DNA from: Syntrophaceae bacterium UBA7520
GTDB taxonomy: Bacteria > Desulfobacterota > Syntrophia > Syntrophales > Smithellaceae
Reading direction: 5' to 3'
Assembly (NCBI GenBank): GCA_002478265.1
Contig: DLNC01000009.1
Location: 3,452-67,451, forward strand
DNA length: 64,000 bases
A model generated the notes under the pieces. That model was given only the letters and a program-made list of their open reading frames with translations, searched no databases and was not told the origin of the DNA. The translations under genes and the position numbers were made by a program. Positions 40,892 through 51,126 of the stretch are shown here, piece after piece (the first letter of the stretch is position 1; each line of letters begins with the position of its first letter).

Positions 40892-41167
40892 ATGGAGAGT
40901 ATAAGTTTAGTAGCAGTTGCATCTATTGCCATTGCAGGTTTAACAATGGCTATCGGTTCTATCGGGCCTTCCAGCGGCATGGGACAGGCGATTCAACAGG
41001 CGCTTTCCGCCATCGCCCAGCAACCGGATGAGCGCAATTCTCTGACCAGAACCTTATTCGTCGGGCTGGCGATGATCGAATCGATTGCCATTTACTGCTT
41101 TGTTATTTCCATGATTGTAATTTTCGCGAATCCTTTCTGGACTCACTTTGTAAAAGCAGGGGGATAA
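40892..41167 (+). CDS. atpE: N-type ATPase c subunit
   Basis: Helical hairpin, QQPD loop, carboxylate in MIESIAIY. Confidence 0.95.
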   Translation: MESISLVAVASIAIAGLTMAIGSIGPSSGMGQAIQQALSAIAQQPDERNSLTRTLFVGLAMIESIAIYCFVISMIVIFANPFWTHFVKAGG

Positions 41168-41170
41168 TCC

Positions 41171-41941
41171 ATGCATATCGACTGGTTTGTGTTAGGTTGC
41201 CAGATATTTAATTTTCTTTTGCTCGTCTATCTTTTGAAGCGTTTCCTTTACGGGCGAATACTCAAAGCGATGGATGAGCGCGAAGCGAAAATTGCCGCCC
41301 GTTTCAGCGAAGCCCGGGAAATTAAGGAAAAAGCGGCAGAGGCGGCAGAACTCTACGACAAAAGAAACAGACAGCTTGCCGAAAAATCAGAGCAGATGCT
41401 CAACGAGGCAAGCCTCGCGGCGGAAACCAGACGCAAAGAACTCATGGAGAAAGTCCGGGAAGAAGTGGACGCCATCAAGACTCGTTGGCAAACAATGCTC
41501 GCGCGGGAAAAAGAAGCTTTTTTCCAGGATTTGCGCGGCAGGGCCGCCAGAGAAATTTATGCCACGGCGCGCAAAGCGCTGGCCGATCTAGGCAACGCCG
41601 AGCTGGAGGAACAAATTGTCGCTGAATTTATCCGCCGCGTGCAAGGCTTGGATTCGGAAAAAAGCAAAGAAATCAGAAAGGCCATCACCGGAGGCGGAAA
41701 CAAAGTAGTGGTGCAAAGCGCCTTTGATATCTCCCCGGACACGCAAGCCAAAATAGAACAGGCGCTGAAAAAACAGATTTCCAACGGATTTACCGTCCGC
41801 TACATAAAACAACCCGATGTCGTTTCCGGAATCGAGTTGAGGGTAAACGGCCATAAAATTGCCTGGAGCCTCAATGAATATCTGGAAACGCTGGTGGAAA
41901 ACCTTACCGAAGTCATACAAAAGGAAGCACACGCGGCATAG
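41171..41941 (+). CDS. atpF: N-type ATPase b subunit with a delta-like C-terminal extension
   Basis: IDWF..QIFNF.LLVYLLKRFLY, coiled coil, GIELRVNGHKIAWSL. No separate atpH. Confidence 0.9.
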   Translation: MHIDWFVLGCQIFNFLLLVYLLKRFLYGRILKAMDEREAKIAARFSEAREIKEKAAEAAELYDKRNRQLAEKSEQMLNEASLAAETRRKELMEKVREEVDAIKTRWQTMLAREKEAFFQDLRGRAAREIYATARKALADLGNAELEEQIVAEFIRRVQGLDSEKSKEIRKAITGGGNKVVVQSAFDISPDTQAKIEQALKKQISNGFTVRYIKQPDVVSGIELRVNGHKIAWSLNEYLETLVENLTEVIQKEAHAA

Positions 41942-41972
41942 AGGAAATATAGAATTATAAGGGAGGAATTAA

Positions 41973-43541
41973 ATGAGCGAGCAAACCGGGGTAAACGAAT
42001 CTCAAGAATTAAAAGCATTTCTTGACGACACTTTTTCGACGATGGACGAGGTGCTGGAAAAACAGAAACCGGATTTGCGCCAGTATGAGATAGGCACCAT
42101 CCAGTTTGTCGGGCGCGATATCGCCCGCGTCAGCGGATTGCCCAATATTCGCGCCGAGGAACTGGTGCGTTTTTCCGGAAACTACATGGGCCTTGTTTTC
42201 AACATCGACCCGGACGAAATAGGCGTCATCCTTCTGGATCCCAGTGAAAATCTTCAGGTGGGAGAAGAAGTGCATCGCACCAAGCGCGTTTTGGACGTGC
42301 CGGTGGGAGAAGGACTTTTGGGCCGCGTGGTTGACCCTCTGGGAAGACCTTTGGACGGGCTGGGAGACGTAAACACCGTAAAACGCCTTCCCGTGGAAAG
42401 GCCCGCGCCCGCGGTTATGGACAGAGCTCCGGTTACCGTGCCCCTGCAAACCGGGATCAAAGTTATCGACGCGCTTATCCCCATAGGACGCGGGCAGCGG
42501 GAATTGATTCTGGGCGATAGGCAAACGGGCAAAACGGCCATTGCCGTCGATACAATTATCAATCAAAAAGAAACAGGAATTATTTCCATTTATTGCGCGA
42601 TCGGCAAGAAAAGCGCGGATGTCGCCAAAGTTATCGCTGATCTGCGGGAAAAGGGCGTCATGAATAACTGCATCGTTGTGGTGGCCACGGGGGAAGACAC
42701 GCCGGGCCTGCAGTTTGTCGCGCCCTACGCGGCAACGACGATGGGCGAATATTTTATGGAAAAAGGCATGGACGTGCTTGTGGTCTATGACGATCTAACC
42801 TCGCACGCGCGCGCCTACCGCGAAGTGTCGCTGCTGCTCAGGCGTCCTCCCGGCCGCGAAGCGTTTCCCGGAGACATTTTCTACATTCATTCACGCCTCC
42901 TGGAGAGATCAACGCATTTACGCCCCGAACTGGGCGGTGGTTCCCTGACCTCGCTGCCGATTACCGAAACAGAAGCGCAGGACTTGTCATCCTACATTCC
43001 CACCAACCTGATTTCCATCACCGACGGGCAGATTTATCTTTCGCCGGTTTTGTTCAACAAAGGCATTCTGCCGGCGGTCGATGTCGGTAAATCCGTTTCC
43101 CGCGTCGGCGGCAAGACTCAGCTGGCCGCTTATCGATCAGTCGCGGGCGATTTGCGCCTGTCCTATTCGCAGTTTGAAGAGCTGGAATCATTTTCGCGCT
43201 TCGGCACCAGACTGGACGACGCGACAAGAAGAACGCTGGAGCGCGGCTGGCGGGTGCGTGAAATCCTGAAACAGGGTCAATACAGGCCGCTGCGCGCCTC
43301 GGAACAGATCGTATCTCTGCTTTCCGTCACCGGCGGATGCCTGGACTGTGTCCCGATTGATAAAGTGCGCGAAGCCGAAGAAAGCGTGCTAGGAGTCATC
43401 AATAACCAGATTCCCGACGTGTGCAAGCATATTGACGAAGGAGACAAGCTGGAAACTGCAGATCGCAATCTCATTGTGGATACAATTAAATCCGACGTGT
43501 GCCAGTTCGAAGTCAAAGAGGAAGAAAATGCAGACAACTGA
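41973..43541 (+). CDS. atpA: N-type ATPase alpha subunit
   Basis: [30 protein letters not shown]. Confidence 0.96.
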   Translation: MSEQTGVNESQELKAFLDDTFSTMDEVLEKQKPDLRQYEIGTIQFVGRDIARVSGLPNIRAEELVRFSGNYMGLVFNIDPDEIGVILLDPSENLQVGEEVHRTKRVLDVPVGEGLLGRVVDPLGRPLDGLGDVNTVKRLPVERPAPAVMDRAPVTVPLQTGIKVIDALIPIGRGQRELILGDRQTGKTAIAVDTIINQKETGIISIYCAIGKKSADVAKVIADLREKGVMNNCIVVVATGEDTPGLQFVAPYAATTMGEYFMEKGMDVLVVYDDLTSHARAYREVSLLLRRPPGREAFPGDIFYIHSRLLERSTHLRPELGGGSLTSLPITETEAQDLSSYIPTNLISITDGQIYLSPVLFNKGILPAVDVGKSVSRVGGKTQLAAYRSVAGDLRLSYSQFEELESFSRFGTRLDDATRRTLERGWRVREILKQGQYRPLRASEQIVSLLSVTGGCLDCVPIDKVREAEESVLGVINNQIPDVCKHIDEGDKLETADRNLIVDTIKSDVCQFEVKEEENADN

Positions 43542-44442
43542 GGCTCTGAAAAGAAAAATCAAGAGCGCGGGTGATTTGCTATCCGTCGTTAAAACGATGA
43601 AAGCGCTCGCCGCGGTAAGCATTCGCCAATACCAAAAAGCAGTCGAATCGCTCACGGACTATACAAGAACCGTCGAGATGGGACTGCAAATCGTTCTCAA
43701 GGAAAGAATGGACGCCGCGACAAAAACCAAAAAACCGCCGATTAAACGCGTTGGCGCCATAGTATTCGGCTCCGATCAGGGATTATGCGGTCAGCTCAAT
43801 GAGCAAATATCGTCTTTTACTTTGGAACATTTTAAAACAACAGGCATCAAAAAGGAAAATCGCGTCATCTTATCCGTGGGCGCCAGAGTGGCTGATTATC
43901 TGGAAGACGCCGGACAGCCTCTTTACGATGTCTTGCCCACGCCGGGCTCAACCGCGGGCATCACGCCGCTGGTGCAGGAAATAATCATGATTCTGGATGA
44001 GTGGCATTTTCGGACTCATCTGGATCATTTTCTGCTCTTTTATAATCAATACCTGGGCGGGGCAACCTACCATCCGCACATGATTCAACTGTTGCCGGTA
44101 AGCCAGGAATGGCTCAAGGAAATCGCCACAAAGAAATGGGATTCAAAAAGTTTGCCGATTTACCGGATGGACGGCGACATGATTTTTTCTTCGCTCATCA
44201 GGGAATATCTTTTTGTTTCTCTTTACCGGGCATTCGCGGAATCTCTCGCCAGCGAAAACGCCAGCCGTCTCGCCTCCATGCAAAACGCGGAAAAGAATAT
44301 TGAAGAACAACTGCAGGATCTGCACGGACAGTTTCACCGCACGCGCCAGATGACGATTACGGAGGAATTGTTGGATATCGTTGCCGGTTTTGAAGCATTA
44401 AGTGAACAAAAAACGACTAAACAACAGCCAGAAAGCAGGTGA
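43528..44442 (+). CDS. atpG: N-type ATPase gamma subunit
   Basis: [42 protein letters not shown]. Confidence 0.95.
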   Translation: MQTTEALKRKIKSAGDLLSVVKTMKALAAVSIRQYQKAVESLTDYTRTVEMGLQIVLKERMDAATKTKKPPIKRVGAIVFGSDQGLCGQLNEQISSFTLEHFKTTGIKKENRVILSVGARVADYLEDAGQPLYDVLPTPGSTAGITPLVQEIIMILDEWHFRTHLDHFLLFYNQYLGGATYHPHMIQLLPVSQEWLKEIATKKWDSKSLPIYRMDGDMIFSSLIREYLFVSLYRAFAESLASENASRLASMQNAEKNIEEQLQDLHGQFHRTRQMTITEELLDIVAGFEALSEQKTTKQQPESR

Positions 44443-45305
44443 GCATCATGGCAGGAGAAAGACACATTTGCGGAATATGCGCGTGGCGCAAGGATTGTCA
44501 GAAAAGGTTCAAGCTGGGATCTGACTCGCTGGTGGGAAGTTATTGTCCCGATTATACCAGAGACTTGTCGATTAAGTCCATCTCCCCGGAAGCCCTGGAA
44601 GACGAAAAAATCGTCATGGATAAAATGGTGCAGGATCAACTGGATAAGTGGCGAAAGCTACTGGACAAAGCGCTCAAACAGGGCATTGACATTGAAAATT
44701 TCAAGGGCGGCCCGGTGATAACCATTTCGCGCGAACCGGGCAGCGGCGGCAGCGAAATCGCGCGCAGAGTCGCCAAAGCGCTGGATATGGATTTAATCGG
44801 CGGACAGATTATTCAGCATGTCGCGGACAGCGCGAAGATGAGCAGGCGCGTTATCGAATCGCTGGATGAAAAAGAGGTAACCTTCCGTGAAACATTGCTT
44901 TCTTCTCTCTTTGGAGAATTCCGACCGTGGCCGGGCGAGTACCTGCAGCACCTGACGCGCGTCATCGGCACCATCGGCGTATTCGGCAATGTGGTGATTG
45001 TGGGCAGGGGCGCCAATCATATCCTACCACCGGAAAAAGCTTTCAAGGTGCGGATTATCGCCCCGCTTGATTATCGGATTAAGCACTTTATCGAAGACCG
45101 GGGTTTATCCAGAAGCGAAGCCGAGCAATATGTGATTAAAAAAGAAGCGGACCGGCGGGCTTTCGTGCGCAAATATTTCAATGCCGACGTTGACGATCCC
45201 AAACTCTACGACCTGATCATTAACACCGGCTCCATGACGCTTGACGCGGCGACAAACACCATCGTTTCCGCATTTAAAAACAAGTTGCAAGGCGCAGCAG
45301 CTTGA
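44439..45305 (+). CDS. Cytidylate-kinase-like family protein with an N-terminal Cys4 domain
   Basis: ITISREPGSGG, VIVGRG, YDLIINT; N-terminal CGICAWRKDC...CPDY. Overlaps the atpG stop. Confidence 0.8.
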   Translation: MSIMAGERHICGICAWRKDCQKRFKLGSDSLVGSYCPDYTRDLSIKSISPEALEDEKIVMDKMVQDQLDKWRKLLDKALKQGIDIENFKGGPVITISREPGSGGSEIARRVAKALDMDLIGGQIIQHVADSAKMSRRVIESLDEKEVTFRETLLSSLFGEFRPWPGEYLQHLTRVIGTIGVFGNVVIVGRGANHILPPEKAFKVRIIAPLDYRIKHFIEDRGLSRSEAEQYVIKKEADRRAFVRKYFNADVDDPKLYDLIINTGSMTLDAATNTIVSAFKNKLQGAAA

Positions 45306-45457
45306 AATATTTGGCGTTTCTTCTGCCAGCCAGGTTTCTTCTTGCTCATTGGCCTGGAATCAGCCGCGTATTTTTCGCTTTTGTGCGGCTGATGTAATCG
45401 TTAAAAACGATGGCAAATAACTGCGCATTAAAACAAAAATCTTGAAAAACGATTTTC

Positions 45458-45486
45458 TTGACATACCAGAGCCGCTTCTTTATAAT
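45458..45486 (+). promoter_or_regulatory. Perfect-consensus sigma70 promoter
   Basis: TTGACA-N17-TATAAT. Confidence 0.8.
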
Positions 45487-45540
45487 TCGAAATCAATTCC
45501 GTTAGGTAGTTACACTAATAATAAAGCAGGAGGTGGCGTT

Positions 45541-45642
45541 ATGGCTATGGTGAAAGAAAAACGCAAGTTTAATTTTGTTTTATTGGCGGTATTGATTGCC
45601 GTAATCATTATTTACGCATTGTTTTATTTTAAAGTATTCTAA
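45541..45642 (+). CDS. 33-aa single-pass membrane peptide
   Basis: AGGAGGT RBS; MAMVKEKRKFNFVLLAVLIAVIIIYALFYFKVF; has its own promoter. Confidence 0.6.
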   Translation: MAMVKEKRKFNFVLLAVLIAVIIIYALFYFKVF

Positions 45643-45784
45643 AAAACTTACCTTCTGAAAATCGAGGAGAACAGAGCGGTCCGGCGTAACCGCTTGCCCG
45701 CTATTGATTACTCGCCGGCTTGACCGGCTCTTATGTAAGTCTGCCCAATAATTTGCCTTATACAACTAAGGGGCTTTTGGTGTA

Positions 45785-46429
45785 TTAGTGCCGTTTTTCC
45801 GCTCGTGCCTTACCCCGTCGGATTTGCTCAATAAAATCAGCTTCATTTTCAAGACGCTTGTCAAATAACGTCACACATGAGCCTACGTCAAAAATTTTGT
45901 GCGCGTCGGAGCCGCCCACACCGGGAATTCCCAGTTTTTGCATGGCTTTTTGCGCTTTAGACACGGCTAAAGAAGAATGGTCGGGATGATATAGTTCAAT
46001 CGCGTCAAGGGGCAGCTGATAAATTTTGTCTCCCGCGCCGTAATAATGGGTCTTCCCCCGGCGCGACAGCTTATAGGGATGCGCGGCGATAATAATGCCG
46101 CCATGGTTATGCACCAGCCCCGCCAACTCACAGGCGGTGTAACGTCCGGTTAAACTATAATTAATGCCAAAAACCAGAAAATCCCCTTCCATCTCATTTT
46201 TATCATTGCGGGCGGATATTTCCTGGCCGTTGATCAGGACAAGGCCTTGCGGCCGGGCCAGATTCTCCAGCCTGGCAAATTCCTCATCCGGCCAGCGCAT
46301 GCCGTGTTCGGTAAGCGCGATGCCCTGCAGGCCGGCCTCGAGTGCCTGCGCGATGAGTTCCTCCGGATGAATAAAAGAACAGTCGGAATATTTTTGTGTG
46401 TGAATGTGCAGATCAAAAACAGTTGTCAT
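45785..46429 (-). CDS. PHP-domain metal-dependent phosphoesterase
   Basis: DLHIHT, ALTEH, AAHPY, GGSDAH. Confidence 0.88.
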   Translation of the reverse strand: MTTVFDLHIHTQKYSDCSFIHPEELIAQALEAGLQGIALTEHGMRWPDEEFARLENLARPQGLVLINGQEISARNDKNEMEGDFLVFGINYSLTGRYTACELAGLVHNHGGIIIAAHPYKLSRRGKTHYYGAGDKIYQLPLDAIELYHPDHSSLAVSKAQKAMQKLGIPGVGGSDAHKIFDVGSCVTLFDKRLENEADFIEQIRRGKARAEKRH

Positions 46430-46480
46430 TAAATTTTATTGAAACATCAGCAAATAAATGCTGATAAAAAATTCTCTCCT

Positions 46481-47455
46481 TTATTTATTAAGCAGGCGGG
46501 CGGCGTCTTTGGCCCAGTAGGTGATGATGATATCCGCGCCGGCTCTTTTGATGGCGGTAAGCGTCTCGAACATAGTTTTTTCTTCGTCGAGCCAGCCCGT
46601 CTGCGCCGCGGCTTTAATCATGGAATATTCACCGCTCACGTTATAGGCTGCCAGCGGCAAGTCGAATTCCTGTTTGGCGCGATAAATAATGTCCAGATAA
46701 GAAAGCGCGGGCTTGACCATGATGATGTCCGCGCCTTCGCTCACATCCAGAGAAATTTCCCGGATGGCTTCATCGGCATTGGCGGGGTCCATTTGATAAG
46801 CCCTGCGGTCGCCGAACTGCGGCGCGCTTTGGGCGGCTTCGCGAAACGGTCCGTAAAAAGCCGAGGCGTATTTCGCCGCGTAGGCCATGATGGGGATTTC
46901 CTCCAGCGCGTTTTCATCCAGCGCCTCGCGGATAGCCGCTACCTGTCCGTCCATCATCGCCGAAGGCGCCACCATATCCGCGCCGGATTGCGCGTGGGAA
47001 AGCGCCGTTTTTGCCAGAAGCTCCAGCGTGGCGTCGTTCAGCACACGGCCGTCTTCCACCATGCCGCAGTGGCCGTGGCTGGTATACTCGCAAAGGCAGA
47101 CATCAGTTATCACCAGGATTTCCGGCACGGCTTCTTTGATTACCTTAACCGCCTTTTGAATTATTCCGTCTTTGGCGTAAGCGCCGCTTGCCTTCTCGTC
47201 TTTTTTATCGGGAATGCCGAAAAGAAGCAGCGCCGGTATTTTGAGCGCGTGCGCCTCGCGCGCTTCCTTAACCAGATTATCCACCGACAACTGAAAATTG
47301 CCGGGCATGGAGGCAATCGGTTTTTTCACGTCTTTGCCACCGACAACAAAAAGCGGATAAACAAGATTATCAACGCTGATTTTTGTTTCACGCGCGAGCC
47401 GGCGGAAATTTTCGTTCTTTCTGAGCCGCCTTAAACGGTAATCAGGAAATTGCAT
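46481..47455 (-). CDS. hemB: Porphobilinogen synthase
   Basis: [41 protein letters not shown]. Confidence 0.97.
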   Translation of the reverse strand: MQFPDYRLRRLRKNENFRRLARETKISVDNLVYPLFVVGGKDVKKPIASMPGNFQLSVDNLVKEAREAHALKIPALLLFGIPDKKDEKASGAYAKDGIIQKAVKVIKEAVPEILVITDVCLCEYTSHGHCGMVEDGRVLNDATLELLAKTALSHAQSGADMVAPSAMMDGQVAAIREALDENALEEIPIMAYAAKYASAFYGPFREAAQSAPQFGDRRAYQMDPANADEAIREISLDVSEGADIIMVKPALSYLDIIYRAKQEFDLPLAAYNVSGEYSMIKAAAQTGWLDEEKTMFETLTAIKRAGADIIITYWAKDAARLLNK

Positions 47456-47458
47456 GGC

Positions 47459-48643
47459 CTACTCCTTTTTGGCTATTTCTTCGTCCGTTAAATAACAGGC
47501 GGGATCGTCTCCCCAGACATCGCCCGCCGCTTCCGCCCGCGCGCGGAAATTGCCGCCGCAGACATTCAGCCACGCGCAAGTCGCACAGCGGCCGCGCAGA
47601 TGCTTTTTTTTGTTTTTCAGTTTCATCAAAAACTCGTTTTTTTCATCCGTCCAGATTTTGCTGAAGGGTTTTAGCCGGATATTGCCCAGCGGCCTGTTGC
47701 GCCAGAACTGATCCGGATAAACCTCGCCGTCCCAGCTCACGCAGCCGATGCCCACGCCTGTGGAGTTGCCCTCGTTCATCTCCAGAAGCTCGAGCACTTC
47801 TTGGGCGCGCGCGGGATTTTCTTTTTTCATCTTCAAGTAAAGATACGGCCCGTCGGCGTGATTATCAACAGTAAGTATTTCCGGGGCGAGGCCCACTGCA
47901 AACATTTCTTTGGTCCGGGCGGCAATCAGATCCAGAAGCGAGCGCGTTTCCTTATGGGTTAAATCCTCCTCGCGCAGCTTCGTGCCGCGGCCCGTGTAAA
48001 CCAGATGATAAAAACAAAGCCGTTCAATTTTTTCTTTCTTGAGCAGGTCAAACATCGCCGGCACATCGGCGAGGTTGCGCTTATTCACCGTAAAACGGAT
48101 ACCGACTTTAATACCGGCTTCGCGACAGTTGCGGATTCCTTCCATGGCTTTGGCAAACGCGCCTTTTGTGCCGCGAAAGCGGTCATGCGTTATTTCCAGC
48201 CCGTCGAGACTCACCCCTACGTAAGACAAACCGATTTTCTTGAGTTTCGCGGCGATTTCCCCGGTAATGAGCGTGCCGTTGGTGGAAATAACCGCGCGCA
48301 TGCCCTGATCGGTGGCGTATTGCGCCAGCTCCAGTAAATCCGGGCGCATGAACGGTTCGCCGCCGGAAAATAAAACAACCGGCGCGCCGAATTGCGCCAG
48401 ATCGTCAATCAGATTTTTCCCTTCCTCGGTGGTTAATTCATCGGGATAATCGATGTCGGCGGACGCGGAATAGCAATGGACGCATTTTAAGTTGCAACGG
48501 CGCGTCATATTCCAGACAACCACGGGTTTCTTGTCCGCGGAAAATTGCAGCAGGTGAGAGGGTAAATCCCCCGATTTCCTGTTGTAGCGCAGCACGTCGG
48601 ATGGCTCCACGGCGCCGCAGTATAATTTGGAAATACCAATCAT
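47459..48643 (-). CDS. ahbC: Radical SAM/SPASM 12,18-didecarboxysiroheme deacetylase
   Basis: MIGISKLYCG...HLLQFSADKKPVVVWNMTRRCNLKCVHCY and a SPASM Cys cluster. Confidence 0.9.
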   Translation of the reverse strand: MIGISKLYCGAVEPSDVLRYNRKSGDLPSHLLQFSADKKPVVVWNMTRRCNLKCVHCYSASADIDYPDELTTEEGKNLIDDLAQFGAPVVLFSGGEPFMRPDLLELAQYATDQGMRAVISTNGTLITGEIAAKLKKIGLSYVGVSLDGLEITHDRFRGTKGAFAKAMEGIRNCREAGIKVGIRFTVNKRNLADVPAMFDLLKKEKIERLCFYHLVYTGRGTKLREEDLTHKETRSLLDLIAARTKEMFAVGLAPEILTVDNHADGPYLYLKMKKENPARAQEVLELLEMNEGNSTGVGIGCVSWDGEVYPDQFWRNRPLGNIRLKPFSKIWTDEKNEFLMKLKNKKKHLRGRCATCAWLNVCGGNFRARAEAAGDVWGDDPACYLTDEEIAKKE

Positions 48644-48647
48644 TTTA

Positions 48648-50198
48648 TCAATTCGTGTCCTTAGGGTAGCATCTGTTCTTATCACAATCAATCAATGACT
48701 GCACAAGTCCCTGCATGGTGTATTCTTTTTGTTCAATGTCGACCTGAAATCCCGCCTTCCTTGCCGTAGCCGCCGTTACCGGGCCGATACAGGCAACGCG
48801 CACCCGCGACGGCGGGACGAAATCCTTTCCCATTATTTCCACAAAATTAGTCACTGTCGAAGAACTGGTGAAGGTGATTACATCCACCGCGTGCGCATCG
48901 AGCAGCGACAGGAACTCCTCTTTTTTCCTGCCGGAATTTACCGTCTGATACGCCGCCACCACATCAACCTGCGCTCCCATTTTTTTGAGCCCTTCCGGCA
49001 GAATATCGCGGGCTTTCACGGCGCGCGGCAGAAGAATTTTCTTGCCATGTATATCCAAGATAGAAAAAGACTTCAGAATGCCTTCGGCGATAAATTCTTC
49101 CGGTATCAGATCAACGCTGATGCCTTTTTCCTCAATTTGACGAGCCGTCGCCGGACCGATACAGCAGATTTTTATTCCTTTTAAATCGCGGATGTCTTTT
49201 TCTTTTTGCCGCAGGCGGTCGAAAAAGAACCGCACGCCGTTGGCGCTGGTAAAAATCAGCCAGTGATAGCTTTCCAGTCGCTCAAGCGCTTTGTCTAGTT
49301 CGCCCCAGTCATCGGGAGGCTCGATGGCGATCGTGGGAAAAGAAATAGGATTGGCGCCTTGCTCCAAAAGCAGGCGCGCCAGATCATCGGCCTGACGCTC
49401 GGGGCGCGTTATCACCACGCCCAGGCCGAAAAGCGGCTTGTTGTCAAACCAGCGCAAAGAGTCGCGCAGGTCAACCACGTCACCTACTACCAAAATAGCC
49501 GGCGGGCGGAAATCATTGGCGTGCGCCAAGATCACAATATTGGAAAGCATGCCCACCAGAACCTGCTGAGTGGGCAGAGTGCCGTTGCGGATCAGCGCCA
49601 CCGGCGTTTCCGGCGATTTGCCGTTTTTAATAAGCTCTTTGGTAATTTCCGCGAGATTCTTCACGCCCATCAGAAAAACAAGCGTGCCGATTTTGGCAAG
49701 CGCCAGCCAGTCGATATCGCTTTTTTCTTTCGTCGGGTCCTCATGCCCGGTTACAAACGCCACGGTTGAAGTGAAGCCCCGGTGGGTGAGCGGAATGCCC
49801 GCGTAAGCCGGAACCGCGATAGCCGAGGTTACGCCGGGAATGATTTCGAAAGCGACATTATGCTCCACAAGCATTTGCGCTTCTTCCCCGCCGCGCCCGA
49901 AGATAAAAGGATCGCCGCCCTTGAGGCGCGCCACGGCATTGCCCGCCTGCGCCTCCCTCACCAGCAATTCGTTGATCTCCTCCTGCGAAAGTGTGTGATC
50001 GCCGCCTTTTTTGCCCGCGTAAATAAATCTTGCCTGTGGCGGCGCGAATTTCAGCAATTCTTCGTTGACGAGATTGTCGTAAACGACAACATCAGCGGCC
50101 AACAGCGCTTCCACGGCTTTGAGCGTAATGAGGCCCGCGTCTCCCGGCCCCGCGCCGATGATGAAAACCTTGCCTGTTTTTGATTTTTGATATGTCAT
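48648..50198 (-). CDS. cobA: Uroporphyrinogen-III C-methyltransferase/uroporphyrinogen-III synthase fusion (CobA-HemD)
   Basis: GAGPGD, RLKGGDPFIFGRGGEE; C-terminal FTSANGV, FTSSSTV. Confidence 0.93.
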   Translation of the reverse strand: MTYQKSKTGKVFIIGAGPGDAGLITLKAVEALLAADVVVYDNLVNEELLKFAPPQARFIYAGKKGGDHTLSQEEINELLVREAQAGNAVARLKGGDPFIFGRGGEEAQMLVEHNVAFEIIPGVTSAIAVPAYAGIPLTHRGFTSTVAFVTGHEDPTKEKSDIDWLALAKIGTLVFLMGVKNLAEITKELIKNGKSPETPVALIRNGTLPTQQVLVGMLSNIVILAHANDFRPPAILVVGDVVDLRDSLRWFDNKPLFGLGVVITRPERQADDLARLLLEQGANPISFPTIAIEPPDDWGELDKALERLESYHWLIFTSANGVRFFFDRLRQKEKDIRDLKGIKICCIGPATARQIEEKGISVDLIPEEFIAEGILKSFSILDIHGKKILLPRAVKARDILPEGLKKMGAQVDVVAAYQTVNSGRKKEEFLSLLDAHAVDVITFTSSSTVTNFVEIMGKDFVPPSRVRVACIGPVTAATARKAGFQVDIEQKEYTMQGLVQSLIDCDKNRCYPKDTN

Positions 50199-50199
50199 A

Positions 50200-51114
50200 T
50201 CAGCACATCAAATCCAGCAATTTTCTGCCGCCTTTTTCCAGAATTAAACCTGCCAGTTTTTTCCCCAGTTCTTCAGCCTCGCCGATTTCCCCCCAGACTT
50301 TATCTCTGACAATCGTCGAACCATTCGGCGCGGCCAGCAATCCTTCCAACGTCAATCTGTTTCCCTCCATCAATCCATACGCCGCGATGGGCAGACGGCA
50401 GCCGCCGCCCAATTCCCGCAGATAAGCGCGCTCCGCGCTTACTTCCGCATTCGCCTGCGGATGATTTAGCTTGCCGCAAATTCCCGCCAATTCAAGGGTG
50501 TCCTTTCTTATTTGCAATCCCAGCGCGCCCTGACCTACCGCCGGCAGCATCAGTTCCACAGGCAGATATTGAGTAATTTTTTCCAGATACCCCATCCGTT
50601 TCATGCCTGCCGCCGCCAGGATAACACCGGTGAGGTTTTCCGTCTCTATTTTTTTGAGCCTGGTGTCGATATTGCCGCGCAGAGGCACAATATTCACATC
50701 CGGCAGCATGGCTTTGATCTGCGCGGCGCGCCGGAGCGACCCCGTGCCGATTCTCGCTCCCTTGGGCATAAATTCCATCTTCACATTGCCGCGGGAAACC
50801 AAAACATCGCGCGCGTCTTCTCGTTTCATAATAGCGGCAAAAATCAGTCCTTCCGGCGTCTGTCCGGGAACATCCTTCATGCTGTGCACCGCCAGATCAA
50901 TGCTTCCGGCAAGCAATGCTTCTTCGATTTCCTTGACAAAGACACCCTGGCCGCCGATCTGCAAAAGCGATACATCCTGCATGATATCGCCGCTGGTTTT
51001 AATCACGCAGATTTCAGCTTCAATGTCCGGTGCGATCTTTTTCAGGGCCCCGGCAACATGATTCGTCTGTGCCAACGCCAGTTTGCTGCCGCGCGTTCCT
51101 ATCTTTATGTGCAC
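50200..51114 (-). CDS. hemC: Hydroxymethylbilane synthase
   Basis: GTRGSKLAL, AVHSMKD, GSLRR, LRGNIDTRL, GGC. Confidence 0.97.
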   Translation of the reverse strand: MHIKIGTRGSKLALAQTNHVAGALKKIAPDIEAEICVIKTSGDIMQDVSLLQIGGQGVFVKEIEEALLAGSIDLAVHSMKDVPGQTPEGLIFAAIMKREDARDVLVSRGNVKMEFMPKGARIGTGSLRRAAQIKAMLPDVNIVPLRGNIDTRLKKIETENLTGVILAAAGMKRMGYLEKITQYLPVELMLPAVGQGALGLQIRKDTLELAGICGKLNHPQANAEVSAERAYLRELGGGCRLPIAAYGLMEGNRLTLEGLLAAPNGSTIVRDKVWGEIGEAEELGKKLAGLILEKGGRKLLDLMC

Positions 51115-51126
51115 ACAATCTCCTTT

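Noticed and set aside
45660-45760. c-di-GMP-I riboswitch, 6S RNA or SRP RNA
   Set aside because: GGCAAA is present, but the GNRA/receptor and GCAAAG elements are not. No SRP or 6S hallmarks were seen, and it is not upstream of a gene on that strand. Kept only as an unnamed structured candidate.
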